Positions 18,645 to 28,847 of a DNA stretch of 64,000 nt are shown here, piece by piece. The position numbers were made by a program, and so were the translations under genes. The first letter of the stretch is position 1. Each line of letters opens with the position of its first letter. The DNA comes from an uncultured Gemmatimonadales bacterium (lineage in GTDB: Bacteria > Gemmatimonadota > Gemmatimonadetes > Gemmatimonadales > Gemmatimonadaceae): positions 1,280,001 to 1,344,000 of the forward strand of contig CAWKNZ010000002.1 of NCBI GenBank assembly GCA_963851265.1, read 5' to 3'. The notes under the pieces were generated by a model. The model had not been told where the DNA came from. It did not search any database and was given only the letters and a program-made list of their open reading frames with translations.

Positions 18645-20016
18645 TCCGTACAAGGATCGCCGGCCGCCGTACTCGCTCGACGCCGAGGTGGCGGTCCTCG
18701 GCGCGATGCTCCTCGACCAGGACGCCATCCTGCGCGCCGGCGAGCACGTCGACGACACGATGTTCTACCAGGAAGGGCACCGCCGCGTCTTCCGCGCCAT
18801 GCTTTCCCTGTCGGAGCGGGGCGAGGTCGCGGACCCGCTCACGCTCGCCGAGGAGTTAGGCAGGCGCGGCGAGCTCGAGGCGAGCGGCGGCAAGGAGTAC
18901 CTCGCGTTCCTCATCGACGCGGTCCCGACGGCGGCGAACGTCGAGTACCACGCGAAGATCATTCGCGAGAAGGCACTCTTGCGCCGCCTGATCGAGGTGT
19001 CGACGAGCGTCGTGACGGAGGCGTTCGACGGCCGCCGGCTCGCCGCGGAGCTGCTCGACGAGGCGGAAGCCAAGATCTTCCAGATCGGCGAGGCGCAGAA
19101 CGCGAGCAACTTCACGCGCATCAAGGAGCTGCTCTGGCCGGCGATGGAGCGCATCGAGGCGCAGAGCCGGTCCGGCAACGCCGTCACGGGCGTGCCCACC
19201 GGCTACAAGGACCTCGATGAGATGACGAGCGGGTTCCAGCCGTCGGACCTCATCATCGTCGCGGCCCGCCCGTCGATGGGGAAGACGGCGTTCACGCTGA
19301 ACATCGCGCAGCATGTCGCCATCACAGAGCAGAAGTCGGTCGCGTTCTTCTCGCTCGAGATGAGCAAGGACTCGCTCGTCCAACGCATGCTGACGAGCGA
19401 GGCACGCATCGACGCCCAGACGTTGCGGCGCGGCAAGCTGCGCGACGACGACTTCCCGCGCCTCGCGCGCGCCGCGGGCATCCTGTCGCATGCCCCCGTC
19501 TTCATCGACGACACCCCGGGCATTACGGTCCTCGAGATGCGCTCCAAGGCGCGCCGCCTCAAGAGCGATCACGGGCTCGACCTCGTGATCGTCGATTATC
19601 TGCAGCTCATGGCCGGGCCGAGCGCGGAGAACCGGCAGCAGGAGGTCTCGCAGATCTCGCGCGGCCTCAAGGCGCTCGCGAAGGAACTGCACGTCCCCGT
19701 CGTCGCGCTGTCGCAGTTGTCGCGCGCGGTCGACCAGCGCGCCGGGGCGGAGAAGGGGCGCCCGGTACTGTCGGACCTCCGCGAGTCGGGCGCGATCGAG
19801 CAGGACGCCGACCTCATCATGTTCCTCTACCGCGAGGAGGTCTACGCGGAGCGCGAGAACGGCCAGCTCAAGGACCCGAGCGTGGAGGGAAAGGCCGAGG
19901 TGATCGTCGGGAAGCAGCGCAACGGGCCGATCGGCAACGTGCCGCTCTTCTTCCACAAGCAGTACACGCGGTTCGAGTCGGTGTCGCGCCGCGAGTACGA
20001 GGGCGGACCGGCCTAA
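18595..20016 (+). CDS. dnaB: Replicative DNA helicase
   Basis: AARPSMGKTAF, FSLEMS, IVDYLQLM and SDLRESGAIEQDAD. No intein is visible. Confidence 0.97.
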   Translation: MSSLPVDFSIAPPPKVDPYKDRRPPYSLDAEVAVLGAMLLDQDAILRAGEHVDDTMFYQEGHRRVFRAMLSLSERGEVADPLTLAEELGRRGELEASGGKEYLAFLIDAVPTAANVEYHAKIIREKALLRRLIEVSTSVVTEAFDGRRLAAELLDEAEAKIFQIGEAQNASNFTRIKELLWPAMERIEAQSRSGNAVTGVPTGYKDLDEMTSGFQPSDLIIVAARPSMGKTAFTLNIAQHVAITEQKSVAFFSLEMSKDSLVQRMLTSEARIDAQTLRRGKLRDDDFPRLARAAGILSHAPVFIDDTPGITVLEMRSKARRLKSDHGLDLVIVDYLQLMAGPSAENRQQEVSQISRGLKALAKELHVPVVALSQLSRAVDQRAGAEKGRPVLSDLRESGAIEQDADLIMFLYREEVYAERENGQLKDPSVEGKAEVIVGKQRNGPIGNVPLFFHKQYTRFESVSRREYEGGPA

Positions 20017-20019
20017 CGC

Positions 20020-21423
20020 GTGGCGAAGTCGAAGACCGTCTACCGCTGCACGGAGTGCGGCGCCGAGTACAGCAAGTGGCAGGGCCGCTGCGAGACGTGC
20101 GGCGAGTGGAACACGCTCGTGGAGGAAACGGCGGCGCCCAAGGTCGCTGCGGCGAAGGGCGGCGCCGGCGCGGCTCGCCGGATGGGCGGGAGCGCGTCGC
20201 TCTCGGAAGGCGGGACCGTCGTCGCCGCGCCGCGACTGCGCGAGATCGGCGGCTCCGAGAGCGAACGCTGGCGCACCGGGCTTGGAGAGTTCGACTTCGT
20301 GTTGGGCGGCGGGATCGTGCCGGGCTCGATGGTGCTCGTCGGCGGCGAGCCCGGCATCGGCAAATCGACGCTCCTGCTCCAGATCGCCGCGCGAATGCAG
20401 ACCGAGGGCCGATCCACGCTCTACGTCTCGGGCGAGGAATCGCCGCTGCAGGTGAAGCTCCGCGCCGATCGTCTCGACGAGAGTGCCGCGGACGTGACGC
20501 TCCTGTCGGAGACGCTGCTCGAGACCGTCATCGCCACCGGCACCGCGAGCGCGCCCGACCTGATGGTCGTCGACTCGATCCAGACGGTGTTCACGCAGGA
20601 CCTCGAGGGCGCGCCTGGCAATGTCGGCCAGGTGCGGGAGTGCGCGGCGCGTCTGATGCGCTTCGCCAAGGAGACCGGGACGGCGACCTTCGTCGTCGGA
20701 CACGTGACCAAGGGCGGCGGGATCGCCGGCCCGAAGACGCTCGAGCACATCGTCGACACGGTGCTCTACTTCGAGGGCGAGAGTACGCTCGACCATCGCA
20801 TCCTGCGCGCGACCAAGAACCGCTTCGGCTCCGTCGACGAGATCGGCGTGTTCCGTATGACGCAGGGCGGACTGGTCGCGGTCGAGAATCCGTCGGAGTT
20901 GTTCTTAGGCGACCGCACGAGCACCGCGAGCGGCAGTGCGGTCACCGCCCTACTCGAGGGCACCCGCCCGGTGCTCGTCGAGATCCAGGCGCTCGCGGCG
21001 AAGGCCGGGTACGGCACGCCACAACGTGTCGCGACCGGCTACGACGGCCGGCGCCTCGCCCTCCTGCTCGCCGTGCTCGACAAGCGAGCCGGACTCAACT
21101 TCTCGCAACTCGACGTGTTTCTGAACGTCGTCGGCGGCGTGCGCCTGACGGAACCGTCCGGAGACCTCGCCGTGGCGGCCGCGCTCGCGTCGAGCGTGTA
21201 CGATCGTGCGCTCGCGCGCGACGCCGTGTTCCTCGGCGAGGTCGGCCTCGGCGGCGAGATCCGCCCCGTGTCGCAGACCGAGCGCCGGCTCGCCGAAGCC
21301 GCGAAGATGGGCATGCGCACCGCCTACGTCTCCGAGCGCGGCGTACCCCGGCGCGACGTCGCAGGCATCCGCGCGGTCCCCGTGCGCACCATCCGCGAGC
21401 TGTTCGAGCGCACGTTCTCATGA
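20020..21423 (+). CDS. radA: DNA repair protein RadA/Sms
   Basis: CTECG...CETCG zinc finger, GEPGIGKSTL and KNRFG. Confidence 0.97.
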   Translation: MAKSKTVYRCTECGAEYSKWQGRCETCGEWNTLVEETAAPKVAAAKGGAGAARRMGGSASLSEGGTVVAAPRLREIGGSESERWRTGLGEFDFVLGGGIVPGSMVLVGGEPGIGKSTLLLQIAARMQTEGRSTLYVSGEESPLQVKLRADRLDESAADVTLLSETLLETVIATGTASAPDLMVVDSIQTVFTQDLEGAPGNVGQVRECAARLMRFAKETGTATFVVGHVTKGGGIAGPKTLEHIVDTVLYFEGESTLDHRILRATKNRFGSVDEIGVFRMTQGGLVAVENPSELFLGDRTSTASGSAVTALLEGTRPVLVEIQALAAKAGYGTPQRVATGYDGRRLALLLAVLDKRAGLNFSQLDVFLNVVGGVRLTEPSGDLAVAAALASSVYDRALARDAVFLGEVGLGGEIRPVSQTERRLAEAAKMGMRTAYVSERGVPRRDVAGIRAVPVRTIRELFERTFS

Positions 21424-21435
21424 CGCCGAACACTG

Positions 21436-22245
21436 GTGAGTGATTACTGGACGCCCGGCGACGACGCGAACCTTCCGCGCCCACGTCGGATCATCCCGCC
21501 GCGAGAGGTCACGCACGCCGGACGCCGCGACCCGACCGCGCCGACAGACTCCGTCGTGCGCGACGTGGGCGTCGTCATCGTCGCTGCCGGAAGCGGGACG
21601 CGAGTGGGCGGTTCCGAGCTGAAACAATTCCGCTGGGTTGCCGGCCGCCCCATGCTCCTGCACAGCGTACAGACGTTCATGGCGCGCCGCGACGTGCACA
21701 CCGTCGTCGTCGTGCTGCCACGGTCCCACGCGGCCGACCCGCCGCCCTGGCTCTTTCAGTGCGACGTCGACCGCCTGCTCGTCTCCGTGGGCGGGCGCGA
21801 ACGTGCGGAAAGCGTGGCGAACGGGCTCGAGGATCTTCCGGAAGAGGTCTCGACGGTGCTCGTGCACGACGCGGCGCGCCCGCTCGTCGACGACGCGCTC
21901 ATCGGCCGCGTGATCGACGAGGCACGTCGTGGGCGCGGCGCCGTTCCGGCGCTCCCGGTGGTCGACACCATCAAGGAGGTCGACGCGGATGGGCGCATCG
22001 TCCGCACGGTCGACCGAACACGGCTCTGGCGTGCGCAGACTCCGCAGGGCTTCCCGCGTGACGCGCTCGCGCGCGCCCACGCGGAGGCACGCCGCGACCG
22101 CCGGCCGGCGACCACCGACGACGCGGCGCTGTTCGAGGGGAGCGATCTGCCGGTCGTCGTCGTCCGCGGCAGTGAACGCGCGCTGAAGGTGACGGACGAG
22201 GCCGACTTCGCCCGTGCCGAAGCGCTCAGCACGCTGACCGAGTGA
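21436..22245 (+). CDS. ispD: 2-C-methyl-D-erythritol 4-phosphate cytidylyltransferase
   Basis: AAGSGTRVG..KQF, LVHDAARP, AQTPQGF and TDDA. The start is uncertain (N-terminal extension). Confidence 0.92.
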   Translation: MSDYWTPGDDANLPRPRRIIPPREVTHAGRRDPTAPTDSVVRDVGVVIVAAGSGTRVGGSELKQFRWVAGRPMLLHSVQTFMARRDVHTVVVVLPRSHAADPPPWLFQCDVDRLLVSVGGRERAESVANGLEDLPEEVSTVLVHDAARPLVDDALIGRVIDEARRGRGAVPALPVVDTIKEVDADGRIVRTVDRTRLWRAQTPQGFPRDALARAHAEARRDRRPATTDDAALFEGSDLPVVVVRGSERALKVTDEADFARAEALSTLTE

Positions 22246-22294
22246 GAAGCATCGGACGCCCGACTCGTCGCGTCGCGTTCGACGTCCTCCCGGC

Positions 22295-22960
22295 GTGACG
22301 CCTCGCCCCATTCCGTTCTGGTCGCCAGCTGAGGTCGAGTCGTCGCTCCGCGGGACGATCGCGCACCTGGACGGCGGCGGCGTGGTCGCGTACCCGACCG
22401 AGACGGTGTACGGCTTCGGCACGGCCCTCGACCACGCGAGCGTCGAAACGCTGGTGCGGATGAAGCGCCGCCCGCCTGGGAAGCCCTTTCTGATCCTCAT
22501 CGACGGGAGCGCGATGCTCGACCGACTCGGCCTGCACCTCACCCCGGCCGCGTCGCGACTCGCGGCGCGCCACTGGCCTGGCCCACTGACCCTGGTGCTT
22601 CCCGGCGGCGAGCGTCGCGTACCCGGCAGACTGCGAGGACCGGAGGGCGGCGTCGCGGTGCGCTGGACCCCGCATCCGAGCCTGTCGCGCCTCATCCGCG
22701 CGTACGGCGAGCCGATCACCTCGACGAGCGCCAACCGCCCCGGCGTCCCGCCCGCGATGCGAGCCGGCGAGATCGTCGCACAGTGGTCAGACGCGATCGT
22801 CCGCGGCACGCTCCGCGTGCTCGACGGCGGTCTCATCCCCGACTCCGCGCCGTCCACCGTCGTTGATTGCATGGGGCGGTTCCCGCGCGTCATCCGCCCG
22901 GGCGCCATCGCGGCGGCGACGTTGCGCGAGAGCGTCCCGGACCTCGTGGGCGACGCGTGA
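22295..22960 (+). CDS. tsaC: L-threonylcarbamoyladenylate synthase (TsaC/Sua5/YwlC)
   Basis: YPTETVYG, KRRP..KP, WPGPLT and STSANRPG. Confidence 0.92.
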   Translation: MTPRPIPFWSPAEVESSLRGTIAHLDGGGVVAYPTETVYGFGTALDHASVETLVRMKRRPPGKPFLILIDGSAMLDRLGLHLTPAASRLAARHWPGPLTLVLPGGERRVPGRLRGPEGGVAVRWTPHPSLSRLIRAYGEPITSTSANRPGVPPAMRAGEIVAQWSDAIVRGTLRVLDGGLIPDSAPSTVVDCMGRFPRVIRPGAIAAATLRESVPDLVGDA

Positions 22961-22973
22961 GGTAACACACGTT

Positions 22974-23480
22974 ATGCGCCTCCTCTTCGTTTGCACCGGG
23001 AACACCTGCCGTAGCGCCATGGCCGAAGGGATCGCGCGAGCGATCGCGGCGGAGCGGGGCATGCACGACCTCGTCGTCGAGAGCGCTGGGACGGGCGCCG
23101 CGCCGGTTCCGCGGGATCCGTCGGTGCCCGGTCCTGGTGCCTCGGACGGGGCCCTGCTCGTGGCGCTCGAGCACGGCGTCGATATCAGCGAACACCGCGC
23201 GCGCGCGCTCACGCCAGCACTCGTCGCGCAATCGGATCTCATCCTGGCGATGGGCGGGCGACACGTCGAGCGTGTCGTCGAGATGGGCGGCGCGCGGAAG
23301 GCCCACCTGCTCACGGCGTTCGCGTCGGACGGCGCCTCGCGACGCGCGATCGAGGACCCGTTCGGCGGACCACTCGAGGCGTACCGTGCGACGTTCACCG
23401 ACCTCGATCGCGAGATTCGTCGCGCGCTCGATCGGCTCGGCGTCGTGCGCGGCCCGGACGGGAGTTCGCCCCCGAGCTGA
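22974..23480 (+). CDS. Low-molecular-weight phosphatase, YwlE-like protein-arginine phosphatase
   Basis: P-loop FVCTGNTCRS and IEDPFGG. Confidence 0.85.
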   Translation: MRLLFVCTGNTCRSAMAEGIARAIAAERGMHDLVVESAGTGAAPVPRDPSVPGPGASDGALLVALEHGVDISEHRARALTPALVAQSDLILAMGGRHVERVVEMGGARKAHLLTAFASDGASRRAIEDPFGGPLEAYRATFTDLDREIRRALDRLGVVRGPDGSSPPS

Positions 23481-23557
23481 CGCCGGCGCGCGACGTTCGG
23501 GCCCTCGCGGCAACGATTTGGCCGCGCGGGAGCCCCGATACCATGTAGGATCCGTGC

Positions 23558-24454
23558 ATGCCCGACCGCGTGCCCGCCGATCGCGTCGTCCCGCCCGCCC
23601 GCCGCCCGACGCGGCTCGTGCTCCTCGGGCACCCCGTGGCGCACTCGCTGTCGCCGACGTTCCAGAACGCGGCGCTCGACGCCGCGTCGATCCCGCTCCG
23701 CTACGAGATCCTCGACGTGCCGCCGCGAGACCTCGCTCGCACGGTCGATCGGCTGCGCGCCTCCGGCGCCGCGGGCAACGCCACGGTGCCGCACAAGGCG
23801 GGCGCGCTCGCCGTCTGCGACCGCGTCACGGACGTCGCGGCCACGCTCGGCGCGGTCAACACCTTCTGGTGCGCCGATGACGGCGCGCTCGTCGGCGACA
23901 ATACCGACGCGGCCGGTGCCGTCGCCGCGCTCTCGACCGTCCTGCGGCGCGCCGGCGAACGCCCGCCCGCACGCGTCGCGGTGCTCGGCGCGGGCGGCGC
24001 GGCCGCGGCCCTCATCGCGGCGGTCGGAGTCGTGCTTCCGCGCGCGGCGGTCGGCGTGTGGGCGCGCGGCGCCGAGCGCGCCGCCGCGTTGGTCGCGCGG
24101 TTCGACGAGCGCGCGACGGTCGCGCCGACGCTCGACGCCGCGTTAGGCGACGCACAGGTCGTCGTGAACGCGACCCCCCTCGGACTCGCGGCCGGCGATG
24201 TCTTCCCGTGCCCGATCGAAGCGCTGGCACCGGGCGCGATCGTGCTGGACCTCGTGTACGGCGCCGCCGAGACTGCGTGGGTCCGTGCGGCGCGCGCCGC
24301 CGGGTACGACGCCAGCGATGGGCTGGTGATGCTGGTCGAGCAGGGGGCTGCCGCGTTCACGCGCTGGTTCGGGCGCTCGCCCGACCGCGCGCGCATGTGG
24401 GCCGCCGTACAGCTGCGAACGGGCCGCACGCCCCCGAACCCGCCCGCCGCGTGA
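23558..24454 (+). CDS. aroE: Shikimate dehydrogenase
   Basis: GHPVAHSLSP, NATVPHK, GAVNT, DNTD, LGAGGAA and DGLVMLVEQG. Confidence 0.93.
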   Translation: MPDRVPADRVVPPARRPTRLVLLGHPVAHSLSPTFQNAALDAASIPLRYEILDVPPRDLARTVDRLRASGAAGNATVPHKAGALAVCDRVTDVAATLGAVNTFWCADDGALVGDNTDAAGAVAALSTVLRRAGERPPARVAVLGAGGAAAALIAAVGVVLPRAAVGVWARGAERAAALVARFDERATVAPTLDAALGDAQVVVNATPLGLAAGDVFPCPIEALAPGAIVLDLVYGAAETAWVRAARAAGYDASDGLVMLVEQGAAAFTRWFGRSPDRARMWAAVQLRTGRTPPNPPAA

Positions 24455-25233
24455 CACACGGCGGGCTCACGCTCGACGGAGCCGGTAGGATCGGGCGGCG
24501 GCTTGCCGGGCATCTGGTCGACTTCGTGCTCCCAGGGGCGTGCATCACCTGCGATGCGCCGATTCCGATCACGACGGCAGGTGGGATCATGTGCGGACGG
24601 TGTTGGGCCGGAGTTCCCTGGCTGCCGCACCCCCGATGTGACCGGTGCGGCCATCCACGCCGCGTCGGCATCGCGTCCGGCTCCGCCGCGTGCGCCTGGT
24701 GCGCCCTGCTGCCGCCCTACGTGCGGGCGTGCCGCTCCACGTGCTGGGTTCCCGATGGGGCCGGCGGCGAGATCGTCCGCGCGCTCAAATACGGAGGATG
24801 GCGCGTGGCCGCGCACGCGATCGGTACGCGGGTCGGTGCGGTCGCCTGGCCGGACGACGTCACGACCGAACGTGTCGCCGCCGTTCCCGTTCCGCTCGGC
24901 GCCGGGCGCCTGCGCGAACGCGGCTACAACCAGGCGAGCCTCGTGGCGCACGCGGCCGCGCCGCACTGGGATGTGCCCGTGTGGGACGACGTCCTGATAC
25001 GTGCGCGTGCGACGCGCGCACAAGCGCGGTTGACACCGGGGGACCGTTTGACGAACGTTGCCGGCGCTTTCCGGGTTGCGGACGGTGTTCAGGCCCGAAT
25101 CCGCGGCGCTCATCTCATACTCGTGGATGACGTGGTCACCACGGCCGCCACGCTGAACGCCTGCGCCGCCGCGCTCGTCGCGGGCGGCGCGCGCGTGGTG
25201 AGTTACGCGACGTTCGGGCGCGCCTGGTCCTGA
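24451..25233 (+). CDS. comF: ComF family protein (double zinc ribbon + PRTase)
   Basis: CITC..CGRC..CDRC..CAWC, RGYNQA and LVDDVVTTAATL. The GTG start overlaps the aroE stop. Confidence 0.9.
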   Translation: MTHGGLTLDGAGRIGRRLAGHLVDFVLPGACITCDAPIPITTAGGIMCGRCWAGVPWLPHPRCDRCGHPRRVGIASGSAACAWCALLPPYVRACRSTCWVPDGAGGEIVRALKYGGWRVAAHAIGTRVGAVAWPDDVTTERVAAVPVPLGAGRLRERGYNQASLVAHAAAPHWDVPVWDDVLIRARATRAQARLTPGDRLTNVAGAFRVADGVQARIRGAHLILVDDVVTTAATLNACAAALVAGGARVVSYATFGRAWS

Positions 25234-25296
25234 ACCGTTCCGCGCGCCACCCACCCGGTCGTCCGTCACGTTCCCCGACTGCAGGAGTGTTCCGCG

Positions 25297-26310
25297 ATGG
25301 CTATTCGCGTCGGCATCAACGGTTTTGGCCGCATCGGCCGGCAGGTCCTCCGCGCTGCCAAGCAGCAGGGCGTCGCGGACCTCGAGTTCGTGGCGGTCAA
25401 TGACCTCACGGATACCAAGACGCTCGCCCACCTCTTCAAGTACGACTCGGTGCACCGCACCTACGAGGGGCAGGTCGAGGCGGGTGAGGGGAGCGTCACG
25501 ATCGACGGCCAGGCGCTCAAGATTTTCGCAGAACGCGACCCGGCCAAGCTGCCGTGGGGCGACCTCGGCGTCGACATCGTGCTCGAGTCGACCGGCCGGT
25601 TCACCGACGCCGACAAGGCCGAAGCGCACCGGCAGGCCGGCGCGAAGAAGGTGATCATCTCGGCCCCTGCGAAGGGCGAGGACATCACCATCGTGATGGG
25701 CGTGAACTCGGACAAGTACGACGCCGCGTCGCACAACATCATCTCGAACGCGTCGTGCACGACTAACTGCCTCGTGCCGATGGTGAAGGTCCTGCAGGAC
25801 GCCGTCGGCATCCGGCACGCGACGATGGTGACGATCCACAGCTACACGAATGACCAGTCGATCCTCGACCAGCCGCACAAGGATCTCCGGCGCGCCCGCG
25901 CCGCGGCGTTGTCGATGATCCCGACGACGACCGGGGCGGCGAAGGCGACGTCGCTCGTCCTCCCCGAGATGAAGGGGAAGATCGACGGCGTCTCGATTCG
26001 CGTGCCGACGCCGGACGTGTCGATCACGGAGCTCGTCGTCGAAGCCGAGCGCGCGACGACCATCGAGCAGGTCAACGCCGCGTTCCGGGCCGCGGCCGAC
26101 GGCGCGCTCGCGGGCATCCTGCAGTACTCGACAGAGCCGCTGGTCTCGAGCGATTACATCGGCAACCCGCACTCGTGCATCGTCGACGCGCTCTCCACCA
26201 ACGTCATCGACGGCACGATGGTGAAGGCGTCGGGGTGGTACGACAACGAGTGGGGCTACTCGTCGCGCTGCGTCGACCTGCTCCGCTTCGTCGGCGCGCG
26301 GCTGAGCTGA
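25297..26310 (+). CDS. gap: Type I glyceraldehyde-3-phosphate dehydrogenase
   Basis: [17 protein letters not shown] and [16 protein letters not shown] present. Confidence 0.98.
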   Translation: MAIRVGINGFGRIGRQVLRAAKQQGVADLEFVAVNDLTDTKTLAHLFKYDSVHRTYEGQVEAGEGSVTIDGQALKIFAERDPAKLPWGDLGVDIVLESTGRFTDADKAEAHRQAGAKKVIISAPAKGEDITIVMGVNSDKYDAASHNIISNASCTTNCLVPMVKVLQDAVGIRHATMVTIHSYTNDQSILDQPHKDLRRARAAALSMIPTTTGAAKATSLVLPEMKGKIDGVSIRVPTPDVSITELVVEAERATTIEQVNAAFRAAADGALAGILQYSTEPLVSSDYIGNPHSCIVDALSTNVIDGTMVKASGWYDNEWGYSSRCVDLLRFVGARLS

Positions 26311-26323
26311 CCGGCCGACCGCG

Positions 26324-27523
26324 ATGAAAAAGAAGACCGTCCGCGACCTGACTGACGCCGACCTGCGCGGACGGCGCGCGCTCGTGCGCGTCGACTTCAA
26401 CGTGCCGCTCGACTCGGCCGGGCACGTGACCGACGACACGCGGATCCGCGCCGCGATCCCGACGATCGATTACCTCCGGGACCGCGGCGCGAAGGTCGTC
26501 CTGCTCTCGCATCTCGGCCGGCCAAAGGCGGCGCCCGAGGCGAAGTACTCGCTGCAGCCCGTGGCGAATCGGCTCGCCGAGCTCATGCCCGCCGCTCGCG
26601 TGGACTTCTGCGAGACCACCGATACGGACGACGCCGTGCAGGCGTCGGAGCGGGTGCCCGACGGCGCGGTGCTGCTGCTCGAGAACACGCGGTTCCTGCC
26701 CGGCGAGGAATCGAATGACGAGCGCCTCGCGCGCGAGCTGGCCAAGCTCGGCGACGTGTACGTCAATGACGCGTTCGGGGCGGCCCACCGCGCCCACGCC
26801 TCGACCGAGGGTGTCGCGCATCTGGTGCACCCGGCGGTGGCCGGCCTGCTGATGGAGAAGGAGCTCGCATACCTCGGCGCGGCACTCGCCAACCCCGAGC
26901 GTCCCTTCGTCGCGATCCTGGGCGGCGCGAAGATCTCCGGCAAGCTCGACGTCATCGCGCAGCTGCTACCCAAGGTCGACAGGCTGTTGATCGGCGGTGC
27001 GATGGCGAACACGTTCTTCCGCGCGATGGGCCTCGAGACGGGCGGCTCGCTCGTCGAGCCCGATCGGGTCGACCTCGCACGCGAGCTCTCACGCACCGCT
27101 GGGGAACGGCTCGAACTCCCCGTCGATGCGATGGTCGCCCCCACGCTCGCGGCCACCGCCGAGGCGCACGTGGTCGCGCGCGACGCCATTCCCCCGGGCG
27201 AGGCGATGTTCGACGTCGGCCCGGCGACGGTGCGCGAGTTCGGCGAGGCCGTCCGCGGCGCTCGCACGGTGCTCTGGAACGGCCCGATGGGCGTCTTCGA
27301 GACGCCCCCGTTCGACGCCGGTACGTTAGGCATTGCGCACGCGCTCGCCGACGCGACGCGCGCCGGCGCGACCACGATCGTCGGCGGCGGAGACTCCGCC
27401 GCCGCGATCGTGCAGGCGGGACTCGACTCGGCCGTCACGCACGTATCCACCGGCGGCGGCGCCTCGCTGGAGTTCCTCGAAGGCAAGACGCTGCCCGGCG
27501 TCGCCGCGCTCGACGACGCGTGA
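26324..27523 (+). CDS. pgk: Phosphoglycerate kinase
   Basis: [29 protein letters not shown] and [13 protein letters not shown]. Confidence 0.98.
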   Translation: MKKKTVRDLTDADLRGRRALVRVDFNVPLDSAGHVTDDTRIRAAIPTIDYLRDRGAKVVLLSHLGRPKAAPEAKYSLQPVANRLAELMPAARVDFCETTDTDDAVQASERVPDGAVLLLENTRFLPGEESNDERLARELAKLGDVYVNDAFGAAHRAHASTEGVAHLVHPAVAGLLMEKELAYLGAALANPERPFVAILGGAKISGKLDVIAQLLPKVDRLLIGGAMANTFFRAMGLETGGSLVEPDRVDLARELSRTAGERLELPVDAMVAPTLAATAEAHVVARDAIPPGEAMFDVGPATVREFGEAVRGARTVLWNGPMGVFETPPFDAGTLGIAHALADATRAGATTIVGGGDSAAAIVQAGLDSAVTHVSTGGGASLEFLEGKTLPGVAALDDA

Positions 27524-27529
27524 CCTGAG

Positions 27530-28279
27530 ATGCTCAAGCCGATCTTCGCCGCCAACTGGAAGATGAACCACGGGCCGACCGACGCCCGCGCGTTCATGCG
27601 CTCGTTCCTCGCGCAGGCCCCACGCGGCGACGGGCGCACCATCGCGTTCTTCCCCCCGGCGATCACGCTCCACACCGTGGTGAACGCGCTGCACGACCGC
27701 CCCGAGATCCTCGTCGGCGTGCAAAACGTGCACGAGGAGGCCGCGGGCGCCTACACCGGGGAGATCTCCGCCGGGATGGCACGCGACGCCGGCGCGCGCC
27801 TCGTCCTTGTCGGACACTCCGAGCGGCGGCACGTGTTCGGCGAGACTGACGCGCAAACGGCGAAGAAGTGCGAGCTCGTCGCACGCGCGGGGCTGATTCC
27901 GATGCTGTGCGTCGGCGAAACGCTGAGCGAGCGCGAAGCCGGATTGACGGACCAGGTCGTCGTCCGGCAGCTCACGGCCGCCATCGCCGGCCTCGATACG
28001 GCGCACATCGGGACGATGCTTGTCGCGTACGAGCCGGTGTGGGCCATCGGCACCGGGCGAAACGCCAGCGCGGAGGACGCGGCCGCGGTGCACGCGGCGA
28101 TCCGAGCGGCGCTGCGGGAACGCGTCGGCGACCGCGCGGCGGTGATGCCCATTCTGTACGGCGGAAGCGTCAACCGTGGCAACGCCCGCCTCCTCATCGG
28201 CGCCCCCGACGTCGACGGGCTGCTCGTCGGCGGCGCCAGCCTCGACCCGGGGAACTGGGCGGCGATCGTCCAGGACTGA
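27530..28279 (+). CDS. tpiA: Triosephosphate isomerase
   Basis: ANWKM, GHSERR, AYEPVWAIGTG and LVGGASL. Confidence 0.98.
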   Translation: MLKPIFAANWKMNHGPTDARAFMRSFLAQAPRGDGRTIAFFPPAITLHTVVNALHDRPEILVGVQNVHEEAAGAYTGEISAGMARDAGARLVLVGHSERRHVFGETDAQTAKKCELVARAGLIPMLCVGETLSEREAGLTDQVVVRQLTAAIAGLDTAHIGTMLVAYEPVWAIGTGRNASAEDAAAVHAAIRAALRERVGDRAAVMPILYGGSVNRGNARLLIGAPDVDGLLVGGASLDPGNWAAIVQD

Positions 28280-28401
28280 ACCGACTCGCGATGGGGCGGT
28301 TCGGCTCGGCGCGGGGCACGCGGTTGGTCGCGCGTCCCGCGTCGCGTAGCTTTCGGAGGCGCGCCGCCCGGCGTGCCCCCTAATACCGACTCGGGACCCC
28401 G

Positions 28402-28836
28402 ATGTATACGCTGCTGTTCACGTTGCTGGTTCTCGTTTGCCTCGTGCTGATCGCTGCCGTCCTGCTGCAGGCGGGGAGGGGCAACGGCCTCGCCTCGAGC
28501 TTCGGGGGCGCCAGCTCCACCGCGGAGTCGGTCCTCGGGACCCGGCAGGCGGGAAACCTGCTCACACGTACGACGTGGTGGGCCGGCGGCCTGTTCGTCG
28601 GTCTCGCGTTTCTGCTCAGCGTGATGGGCGCACGTCAGCGCGCGCCACGTTCGGTGCTCGACAATTCGTTCGCGCCCGCGCGTTCGAGCGCGCCCGCGTC
28701 CACGGGCCCGGCGGGTTCCCCTGCCGGCGGGCCCACCGCCGCGCCGGCCGTTCCGCTGACGCCGGCTGCCCCGGCCGCGCCAGCCGGGTCGCCGGCGGGC
28801 GCGACCGCGCCGAGCGGCGCCGCGCCGCGCCGCTGA
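28402..28836 (+). CDS. secG: Preprotein translocase subunit SecG
   Basis: Two TM helices flanking VLLQAGRGNGLASSFGG, an A/P-rich tail, and the position after tpiA. Confidence 0.92.
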   Translation: MYTLLFTLLVLVCLVLIAAVLLQAGRGNGLASSFGGASSTAESVLGTRQAGNLLTRTTWWAGGLFVGLAFLLSVMGARQRAPRSVLDNSFAPARSSAPASTGPAGSPAGGPTAAPAVPLTPAAPAAPAGSPAGATAPSGAAPRR

Positions 28837-28847
28837 GCGGGCCCGAC

